From Minutocellus sp. GHC0000111 (Eukaryota), in NCBI GenBank assembly GCA_977018835.1, contig OZ361257.1:5022001-5086000 (forward strand): a DNA stretch of 64,000 nucleotides, in the 5' to 3' direction. Positions 54,787 to 64,000 of this stretch are shown here, one piece after another. Position 1 is the first letter of the stretch, and every line of letters begins with the position of its first letter. A program made the position numbers and the translations under genes. Below the pieces are notes generated by a model. The model ran no database searches, had not been told where the DNA came from, and saw only the letters and a list, made by a program, of their open reading frames with translations.

Positions 54787-57700
54787 ATGCAGCAACAACA
54801 GCAACAGCAACAGCAATCTCAAGCGAATCTGGAACCAGTCTGCAACTCGTACAACACCCCGACGTATCTGCACACGCAGCCAGGATTCGTCCCAACTTTT
54901 ACCGATTTGCTGCCACCGCCGCCGAAAACGGCCGAAGAAAACGAAAAGGCCAAGCAAGACGAGGCGGCGGCCATCGCCGCGGCCTACCGGCACAAGTCGC
55001 GGCTGCAGAGCACCAACATCTACAACCCGTCGTATGCGCTGAGCCTGCTGTCGGTGGCGGAATTTACCATCACGGCCATCCCGCATCCGTTCGATGTCAG
55101 CGAGCCGCACGAGCTGCAGCCGGCGTTGGAGGAGGAATTCCGTCCGGTCTTGGAGAGCATTTGTGGCGGTGGCAGTGGTGCCGCTGTTCCTGCAAAATTG
55201 GAAGGCGATGGAAATGTCGCGTCGGATTCGGAATCGTCATCTCTGTCGTCGACGTCGTCATCGTCATCCGTATGTGATAAGCCACGATTCGTCGACGGCA
55301 AGTGGAGAATGCCTCTTTCGGCCTACCAGCAGTTTTATGCCTACCTTACCAGCAAGAAGGGACGGGGCCGTGTCGAGGGTATACCCGATCAACAGCTCAA
55401 GGTGGCCAGCTTGGGACGGCAACGGATGGATCGATCGTATCCTTCGGCGGAGGATTTGATCGACAAGGGCGTTCCCGGTGGCATTGCGCATGCCTTGGCC
55501 CCGTATCAGCGTGGCGGTGTCGATTTTTGCCTCGAACGCAAGGGCCGAGCTTTGCTTGCCGATGACATGGGATTGGGGAAAAGCATTCAGGTGAGTAAGA
55601 GCATGACCAAATATGTGGAGGACCACATTCGTGACTTCCGAAATTGTAAGTTTGCAACACTTCTTTATCAATTCTCTCTCTCTCTCTCGTACTAATTTAT
55701 ATCAATATTCCTTCTCCCTCTCATACACACTTTCTAATACATTAAAGTCTATCGCGGCCATGTCCTGCTACGAGTCAGACTGGCCACTTTTGGTGTTGTG
55801 TCCCTCCTCGGCGAGGTATCACTGGCAGGCGGAATTCTTGCAGTGGCTTGGAAAGAAAAGCAGTATCAATACAAGCACGAGCGGTAATAATGACGAGGAA
55901 GATACGACCGCACAACCCAAGAAGCGACCCCGAGTGTCCAAGTCGTCGAGTATGAAATTGCTGCGCAAGTCGGAGGTACATGTCCTCACGTCCTCGAATG
56001 ACGATTCATTCACCAAGCCCGATTCCAAGATCCGTGTTCTCATCTGCTCTTATGGACTTGTCCTGAATTTGGTTTCCAAGGGCAAGCTTGTTCCTGGTTC
56101 CTTTAAGGCCGCCATCGTGGACGAATCACACATGCTCAAGGATAAATCCTCCAAGCGGACAAAGTCTCTGGTTCCGGTCCTCAAAGCCACAAAGTGGTGC
56201 CTCATGCTCTCTGGTACGCCTGCATTGGCCAAACCCAAGGACTTGTGGCCGCAGCTACACACCTTGGGGTCCACTGAGAGGCAGGGTACGGCCAGCACAT
56301 GGTGGCAAGACGAAGACATGTTCCTCAGTACCTATGTTCGCGGCAAGAACAAGCGCACCCAGGACAAGAACTTTGCCCAGCTGCACGCTCTGCTTACGTC
56401 GACAGTTATGATTCGTCGGACCAAGGCTGAGATGCTCAAGAGTTTGCCACCAAAGGAACGAAGCCAGCTATGCTTCACCCCAACGGATGAGACCATCCTT
56501 GCTCAATTTGACGAGTGCATGCAAGTTATGCGCCAGTCCAAGGGAGCCCTGGGCAAGATTGCCAGAGGAGGTGCTGCATTGCCCGAGCCTGATGAGGTAC
56601 CCGAGGGAACAGATCGCAAGGCCGAAGCTGCCGCTAGACGAGAAGTCCTCAACAGGATGTATAGCTTGACGGGCCAAGCCAAGGTCCCCATCGTCGCTTC
56701 CGAGCTAAAACGTTGGCTCGCCGATCCAGCCAAGGGCAAGGTTTGCATCTTTGCGCATCACATTGCTGTTCTAAATGGCATTGTATCTGGTGCCGGTCTC
56801 TCCAACTCCAAGGACAGCGCTTCCAAGTACATTCGTATCGACGGATCAACCAACCCCAAAGCCCGCCAAGAAGCTATCACCGCCTTCCAGAATGACCCAA
56901 CTGTTCGCGTGGCCATTCTTGGTATTACGGCAGCTAGTGTTGCTGCCACACTAACAGCTGCGTCGACTGTCTGGTTTGCCGAGCTCTTCTGGACCCCGGC
57001 CATTCAAATCCAAGCAGAGGATCGATGCCATCGTATCGGCCAGCAGAGCACAGTCCGATGTGTATACTTCCACGCCAAGGGATCACTAGATGACCTTCTC
57101 TGGAAACTACTAGAGCAAAAGTACCGTGACCTTGGCGAGTTCGTCGAGGGCAAAGAAGGCAAGGAGATCAAGGTTCACGATATTTCTACCTACCAAGAAG
57201 AGGAAGAAAAGAAATCTAACGACAACAATGCCGCTGCGATTTCCGCCATTGAAGACGAAGCACTTCGAAATGATATCATCGCGCTTGGTATGGAGGAGGA
57301 GGCCATGCTCAAGGCTGGGTCCGACGATGGCGAAGACAACGACGATTGCGCAATTAGTTCTCGACAGACTTCGATTGCAAGCCAAGCATCATCCGTCACC
57401 CCGCCACCGTCCGTATCATCGTCTGGATTCGATAGCACAATGCCTCTCCCAGGAATGCTTCTCTACAAGATGGATTTTGCTCGAAGTTTTCGCTTTGTCA
57501 TTGCTCCTTTCGAGGGTCGTATGGTTGTAAAGAGCAAGACATCCGCGAGAGCCAACACACTCGGCCCAAGCGTAAGCCCGATGTTGGCGACATCCTCGTC
57601 ATGATTGACGGTGTCTACCTTCCCAAGGATGTCGAGTATCGCGAGGTATTGTTAATGCTCAAGACTGCCATGATCAATAATCCTCCCGCCGAGCTTGTCT

Positions 57701-58176
57701 TTGCCGAGGGTGGTCATGACTTTCGTCGAGAATTCTGCCGCATTGAATGGCTCAGTATGGCCGCCTGCTTGCAGAATCAGGGTCAGATCTGCCCGAGCAC
57801 TATCCAGCCAATTCTCTTGCCTCAGCGTCGAAGGTACAGCATGCATTTCAGCGGCAACTACGGCATCGTCATTCAACCATTTCAGGGTAGAATGGTGGTA
57901 AAAAGCAAGTCAGCCCGTCGCAACCAAGAGTTTGGAAAGCATTCCAAGCCCGATGTTGGCGATGTCCTTGTCGCCGTCAACGGCCACCACTTTCCTCCCG
58001 GTAGCGAGTACATGAAGGTACTCATGATGTTGAAATCTGCCATGATGAGCCAAGAACCAGCCGAGCTCACCTTTGAGGAAGATCTTGCCTTCCAATCTGC
58101 TCTCAAATGCCGGTCCGAGGCTGACGCCGGGCAGCAGAGCGATGAGACCGCCCTTCCGGTACAGGTTCAGGGATAA
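54787..58176 (+). CDS. SMARCAL1/ZRANB3-like SNF2 ATPase with two C-terminal PDZ-like repeats; intron 55591-55747; frameshift near 57565
   Basis: Motifs PYQRGGV, LLADDMGLGKS|IQ, VDESH, LSGTP, RIDGST, FAELFW and QAEDRCHRIGQ. HARP-like WRMPLSAY upstream. Start codon uncertain (frame open from ~54661). Confidence 0.87.
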
Positions 58177-58389
58177 TTTTATCTTTCACTCTCTCAACAC
58201 GACACATTCCACAATTCAATAGAGCACATCACACATTTTTGATTAACAGCGCATACACACAATTATCGCCCATCAAACGCACTCCCACCATGTCAATCAT
58301 CACTTCACACCACAACCACTAGCTAGAGTATCATTAAAGTAGAAAGCGGGGCAACTGATAGAAATATTATGCTTGATTCTATAAAGAGA

Positions 58390-59226
58390 TCATGACAGAG
58401 CGGCTACCTTGTCCGCCTTTAGCTCAAACATGGTGCGGATAGTCATTTTAGTCCCCCGGATCTTGACCTTGTATCTGTCCACCCTCCGGCGGTGCCGGAG
58501 ATAGGTAGCGACGGAAGCTAGGTCGGCCGTGAGGGTCTTCTTTTGGTCTGATAAGGTAGCAATCTCCTTCTTCATACGTTCTGATTCATCCTGGATTGTC
58601 CCCATGCGTTGTTTAGCCTCCTTAGTGGCCACCTGTAGCTTACAAATGTCATCTCTTTTCTTTGCATGAGTACAAAGGATCCACATCACAACTGATGCAT
58701 TGGCTCTTACATCTTCCGGGATCATTGTCAGTTCGGTATTACCCGACAAATCAAATTCTTCGATGGAACCAGACAAACGATGTAATTCAAGGGGTACATC
58801 GGAAATGTTATTGTGCTGGAGCTTGAGAATACGAAGCGAATGGCAATCGGCAAGAGAAGCAGGGATGTCCCTCAGCTGATTCTCCGACGCGATCAAAAGC
58901 TCTAACTTTTTGCAACGGCATATCGAGGAGGGTATCAAGGAGATGGCATTGCCGTTGATCTTCAGGACTCGCAGCCGCTTCAATTTGGCTATGCCTTCTT
59001 TGTCAATAATGGCGATACGGTTGCAGGCCACATTCAGCTCCTTTAGATTGGAGAGATATCCGATGGACTCGGGGAGCTCGGTGAGAGCATTATGTGACAG
59101 GTCCAGACATGTGATACGGCTTGCTAAGTTCCCATCGAACAAGCGTTCGTCCAACTGCTCCAAGCCCCGATAGCGCAAGTCGCAACGCCCGTTATCATCC
59201 ACTGTCAGTTCTTCGTTTGGATCCAT
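58390..59226 (-). CDS. Leucine-rich repeat protein with C-terminal coiled coil
   Basis: Repeated LxxLxLxxNxLxxLP units. Confidence 0.85.
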   Translation of the reverse strand: MDPNEELTVDDNGRCDLRYRGLEQLDERLFDGNLASRITCLDLSHNALTELPESIGYLSNLKELNVACNRIAIIDKEGIAKLKRLRVLKINGNAISLIPSSICRCKKLELLIASENQLRDIPASLADCHSLRILKLQHNNISDVPLELHRLSGSIEEFDLSGNTELTMIPEDVRANASVVMWILCTHAKKRDDICKLQVATKEAKQRMGTIQDESERMKKEIATLSDQKKTLTADLASVATYLRHRRRVDRYKVKIRGTKMTIRTMFELKADKVAALS

Positions 59227-59466
59227 TTGGAGTGAGTGTCTATTTTACGATCAATGTGATCGTACTATCCCAACAAACGAAACAAGGACGAATTCCCGTG
59301 CCATGAGGAGGTGCGCATGCATCGTAATGACATCACAAACGCCAATCACAAGGCACCTTGCTTGTCAGGCTGACTAACAGTGTCAAATAGAATCTGTAAT
59401 CGCCCCAATTCGTACACCCCGCACCTTTGACCCCAAATTAGCTCCATCTTTTTCCAACCAGCCTAA

Positions 59467-60214
59467 CTAAACAATGTTAGCAATATCGGTAAACAGTCGG
59501 TCCGGCTCCTGGGGGTTCAACCAAACCGCTCGATGTCCATCCATCAGGGCAATCCGTATGTTGTTGACATCGTCATCGATCAGCACAGTTGTTTGCCTCC
59601 GAAAGTCTACATCGGGATGCCGGTGCTGCAACTCCTCGACGGCACTGGCCATGAACTGCTGCTTGCCCCCCCTCGACCCGCTCCCCTCGTAGTGCCAGCT
59701 GCCATCCCGACCTCGAATGATAAACTTATCGGCGAAGGACGGGAAGTGCGCGCGGAGGACCTCCTGGACGAATCCCACTTGCGGCGTAAACGTTACGACA
59801 GCCAGGTGCATGGAGGCATCGGCCGCGGCGCGGAGGAAGTGCAGGAACTGGGGTCGAATGTGCGTGGCCAGTTCGGCTCCCGTGCCGTTCCACTTACCGC
59901 CGGTGTGAATGTCGATGATGGTCTGGTCAAAGTCAATAGCGAGGAAGTTGACCTTGACTGGAGCGTCGAAAGATATATAAATGTAAATGAGATATATACG
60001 TGTAAGATTATTGGCAACGTGATACAGCGACCTGCCAGGGTCGTTCCAAACGAACACTGCACATCGATCAGTGGAAGGAGGAAGTCAAGGTCCAAAACCG
60101 GCACATGTTAAGCAAGAACAGCACGAGCGCAAACTTACGTTTCGCTAGACTTTGGACCACCTGGCGACTTCTCTCGGCCAATTCGGCATCATTCGTTCTC
60201 CCTCTCGTTGCCAT
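59467..60214 (-). CDS. HAD-superfamily hydrolase-like protein; intron 59958-60138
   Basis: Motif I AIDFDQT, motif II VVTF, motif III K, motif IV LIDDD. A GTAAGT...CCAG intron joins exon 1 (MATRGR...) in frame. Confidence 0.82.
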
Positions 60215-60860
60215 CTTTGCTTATCGATGCGGTATCTCTACGCTGATTGCGTTGCTTTTTGCTTGGAGTGGCTCGTACCGCAGGTAACGGCGTTCCGTCA
60301 TTGGAGGTTGCTGCGTGCGCTTGCCGACTACTGACTTGACTGCTCTCGTCCGATTTCATTTGAATTTATTGCGTCGTATCGTCGTCAGAAACTATTGGTC
60401 TGTCCGTCGCGGTCTCGTTGAAAGTTGAAAGCACATAGATTTTATCTTTATTTTCATGACCGTAGAAAAACTAAATGTTCATGTTGTTCATTTTAGCGCC
60501 GGCATGGCCTTTCGTAAAACTCAGCGAGAACCTGCAATGCGCAATGCGAGAACCAGGCAATGAGAAATCGACCTCATTTTTTGGCATTCTCCTGCCATCT
60601 CTCACCATGATGTCCCGTTGCTTTTCGTAGCGCTAAAATAGCAAGCACAGCCGTCGAATAAGCCCGGCCCAGATCGTGTTGAAGTGATCGAGCCCGGTCC
60701 AACCAGGTGCCACCACTCGGTCCAACTCAATCGAAATTTTCGTGCCAACTTGAAAGTCTAACGGGCTAAAGCACATTTTTTTCATTTTTCAAACCGCAAA
60801 CTGTGACTTGCCTGACAGCAGCATCCTCGTACCGGCCAGCCGACCAAGGGCAGGATCACC

Positions 60861-62654
60861 ATGAGCAGCGAACCACGCCGTCACATCACCCTGGACCTCC
60901 TCCGCCGTCGGTCCGAGCACAACGAGGGGTTGGTATCCACCCTCGAAGAGCTGGCCCTGCACCAGGAAGAACTCGAAACCATCGGTCCCGTCCTCGGACG
61001 GACCTGCGGCCGGACCCTCAAAATCCTCCTCCTCCAGAACAACTGCATAGGACCCACCCTCCTCGAACGCGAGACGCGGTTGCTCATGCAGCTGACCTAC
61101 CTCAACCTGGCGTTGAACAATCTGACTGCGCTGGGGGATCGGCCGGGGGTGCTTGCCAGGTGTGAGTTTTTGGAAAAGTTGGACCTGACCTTGAACTTTG
61201 TCGACGTCGATGCGTTGGAGGATATGGTCGATGAGCTGGCCCGATTGCGGAGTTTGAGGGAGCTGTTTTTGCTGGGCAATCCGTGCATGGGCCATGGCGA
61301 TGCAGTGCCTTGTAGTGGTGGTCCCGAATCATCAAACGATATCGCTGAGCTGGCGAAACAACTTCAAATATCAGCAGCTCCTCCAGCTTCAGGCGGCAAC
61401 GACGGGCAACAAGAAAAGCAATCGGGATGGAACGGATGTCGCCCCTACGTGATTGCGCGCCTGCCGAATCTGCGCACTCTGGATGGGAAGGACGTGCTGC
61501 GGTCGGAGCGCATCTTGGCCACGCAGCAGCTGCCGGAACTGGAGAAGGAATTGCGCCAGCTGGCCAAGGCCAAGCGAGATGCCGAGGTCAGCAACAGTAC
61601 TGCCGATACTGCCGGCGATGGCGATGTCATTGAAATGGGACCAGATGGATTTGACGCCTCTTCCCACGTCCCAATCCTTGGCGACGACGAGCTCACCGGC
61701 CACACGCCAGAAGTTCGATTGCAAATCGCTCGGGAGCTCGCAGAACAAAAAGCCGAAAAGGCGCGGCAGGACAAGGCCAACATGCCTCAGGTCAAAGGAG
61801 AGAAGGAAAACGAGGAAGATCAAAAAGCCGTCATCGACAGGGCCCGCCGGCGGGAGGAACGCGGCGACATCAAGCAGTGCAACGAGGGCAAGTGGCAGTT
61901 TCGGTTCGACGAGGAGAGCCAACCTGGTTCGGTCCTTCTCAGCATCCCTCTGCCCAAGTTTCTGTCGAGCAGTTTGATTGACGTCGATGTTCATCCGACG
62001 TACGTCACTGTGGTCATCAAGGGCAAGGTGCTGCGATTAGTACTGCCCGCCGAGGTCAGGTCCGAGGAGAGTACAGCGCAGCGCAGTACCACGGCAGGAC
62101 AGATCGTCATTACCATGCCCAAGGTGAACGAGAATGAGAATATGATATCCATCCGTGCTGCTCGACGGCACAGGGAGGAGAAGGAGGCAGCGGCAAGGAA
62201 ACAAAAAGTGAAATCTCTTGTAAATGTGTCGGCATCGTCGAGGTCTCTAGCCTCGGTAATGATGGAGGAAGCGAGCAAGCAGCCGACAGGCAGCGTTCGA
62301 ATTGCGGGTCTTGTTGATGAAAAGAATGGGGGCGTGAAGCAGGAGGCTTCGTTTGGATGCGGTATCGAGAACCAAATGAAGGCTTTGGGTAGTATGCGGA
62401 AAGTTGTGGCACAGGATGACGTCGATTCTGCTGATAGCGATAGTGACGATCCTCCTCCATTATTCTATTTCCTTGCCCTCTTCTTGTTTGCTCGGATTTT
62501 TGGATTGTATCGAAAAGATTACGAGCGAGCGAAACAACTAAAGGACAACTATTACAACAAACTGAGACGCTTCGCAACAAGCTTTGACACGGCTTTTGCA
62601 CCAATTGCCGATATCTCCATCGCTGATACACTTGATTCCTGCGCGTTTGCGTAA
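60861..62654 (+). CDS. LRRC6: LRRC6/DNAAF11 (tilB) axonemal dynein assembly factor homologue; ORF runs past the expected C-terminus
   Basis: ITLDLLRRRSEHNEG...LEELALHQ, LILLQNN, CEFLEKLDLTLNF, LFLLGNPC, LRTLDG..V.RSERI, CS-like domain IDVDVHPTYV...KGKVLRLVLP, and DDPPPL at ~62460. Confidence 0.88.
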   Translation: MSSEPRRHITLDLLRRRSEHNEGLVSTLEELALHQEELETIGPVLGRTCGRTLKILLLQNNCIGPTLLERETRLLMQLTYLNLALNNLTALGDRPGVLARCEFLEKLDLTLNFVDVDALEDMVDELARLRSLRELFLLGNPCMGHGDAVPCSGGPESSNDIAELAKQLQISAAPPASGGNDGQQEKQSGWNGCRPYVIARLPNLRTLDGKDVLRSERILATQQLPELEKELRQLAKAKRDAEVSNSTADTAGDGDVIEMGPDGFDASSHVPILGDDELTGHTPEVRLQIARELAEQKAEKARQDKANMPQVKGEKENEEDQKAVIDRARRREERGDIKQCNEGKWQFRFDEESQPGSVLLSIPLPKFLSSSLIDVDVHPTYVTVVIKGKVLRLVLPAEVRSEESTAQRSTTAGQIVITMPKVNENENMISIRAARRHREEKEAAARKQKVKSLVNVSASSRSLASVMMEEASKQPTGSVRIAGLVDEKNGGVKQEASFGCGIENQMKALGSMRKVVAQDDVDSADSDSDDPPPLFYFLALFLFARIFGLYRKDYERAKQLKDNYYNKLRRFATSFDTAFAPIADISIADTLDSCAFA

Positions 62655-64000
62655 TACACAGCGGCTCCGTTTGATTTGTCACCATACAGAAGAAATTCCG
62701 CCGACGTGGAGGCATCTCCGCCTCCCGCAAAGTCAGGGTACGCACCACCGAGCTCACCGCCCCATGCCTTTTGATACTGAACCTTGTATGTCTTTCCGAA
62801 GAGCTTTCCAAGCAAGTCATGAGCCAGTAGCTTGCTTGAAAACACTTTGAACGTGCCGTCGTCTGTGAGCTCGGCCAGGCAGGAAAATGCGTCTTCATTC
62901 TTTCCCTTTTCTGTCAGACTTACAGCTTTTGGAAGCGATGAATTTGATATGTGGAAATAATCGCTTTGTAGCGTTCCATTCGCAATGATTGTTGTTATTG
63001 TTTGGGTATAACGCCGCCGAGTACTCGAGGGAAGTTTGTCTACTGGCACCTCCGACCAATGAATTTGGCTCTGTTGAAGCGGTGCGGCCAACACCACTAT
63101 ATCAAAGTTCGCGGAACTTCCTTCCTCAGTGATGAGCTCGATAGTGTGGCTAGAAACCACAACTCAAGCAACTGCAGACTCAATATGTTGTATTGTATTG
63201 TTGCAGCCCTCAAAATGAGTAGCATTCGCCTGACGATATGCCGATGAAATGAGCTTCGCATTTCCGCCAAGGACACTAAAGACGCTGCCTTGACTTGGCA
63301 GAAAGCTCACCAAGCCCGCAAGTCCATTCAATCGGCCGTTATTCTGATTGTAATTGTTGATATTGATACTCTCGCAAATTTCTCTCCGAAGATTTCCCCT
63401 TGCTGGGAATATCCAGTTCTGTACAAAATCGAATAGCGGCATGAGGTATGCAAGCAAAGCCTCGTGCCAGGCGTCCCACCACGACGCACTTGTATCAATC
63501 TTACCGCCACCAGAAACTCCGATTTGGCTTAGATAGTCATCAAACGATATTCGTGTCATGTCATACAGGCCAACCGCCTTCCATAACTCGTCTGGTGAGT
63601 CAAAGAACGAGTTCTCATCATCAAGTAGCTGGTAAATCTTTTGGAAATCTTTGAATGCATCCAATGCCGAGTTGCGCACCCTTATCAAATCCAAACCATA
63701 GCGATACATCATTTTGGCTACGACCATGTAATCGGGCGTGTCGGGATGAACGATGAACGGCCATCTACCGCCGCCATCATAAATGCCAAATCCGACATCC
63801 TCTCGACTCTGCTTGTCCTTGCCTGGACTCATTGGTTCCGCTCTTTCCAAGTTGGGATCGGCATCCACTACCTCTGATATCAATTCGTTGCCCGAAAAGA
63901 TGATGGAGGCACCCAATTCCACCACTGTGCCATCTTGCAGTGTAAGTGTGGAGACTCGTGATCCCTGTCGATTGGGTCCAAGATGGGCAGAGGAACCCCC
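62552..64000 (-). CDS. Prenylcysteine oxidase/lyase-like flavoprotein, 5'-partial, with in-frame TGA at 63164-63166
   Basis: Motifs VELGASII...N, NYNQ, GGN, FDIVVLAAP, W...AYP and YYANAQESSVSAMEISAIGAKAVSKL. The two ORFs are in the same frame, separated by one TGA. Confidence 0.85.

Noticed and set aside
9231..63166. TGA reassignment or selenocysteine explaining the in-frame TGAs
   Set aside because: Many genes here end normally at TGA (e.g. 13041, 29071, 30882, 40985). The interrupted positions are not Cys/Trp-like, and the transposase TGA is explained by a GAT duplication.

Overview
Gene-dense eukaryotic nuclear DNA, most likely from a diatom. Evidence: short GT-AG introns, signal peptide plus ASAFAP-type plastid presequences, and diatom-type gene families. 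An LRRC6/DNAAF11 gene suggests a lineage with flagellated sperm (centric diatom). Positions ~1232-27210 are a near-identical ~13-kb tandem duplication joined at a 5-bp microhomology (TTTGA, 14225-14229). It covers a Ser-rich protein, a UDP-glucuronate 4-epimerase-like gene, a RING/Sel1 protein, a membrane protein, a decayed DD39D mariner-type transposase, a secreted Cys-rich precursor and a TDP2-like gene, and the junction creates a chimeric ORF. The single-copy remainder holds two ankyrin paralogues, a ~186-bp-period satellite, a CRTISO-like oxidoreductase, two RING chromatin-reader paralogues, a subtilisin, GT61, a plastid CGFS glutaredoxin, an RluA-type pseudouridine synthase, RPA12, a SMARCAL1-like ATPase, LRR and HAD proteins, LRRC6 and a prenylcysteine oxidase-like gene. 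Two signals stand out. (1) The transposon shows apparent TpA->CpA/TpG hypermutation (Tyr->His/Cys, RTAY depletion), like fungal RIP but in the reverse direction. (2) Many otherwise well-conserved genes carry single nonsense or frameshift lesions. All counts are by hand and no database searches were run.
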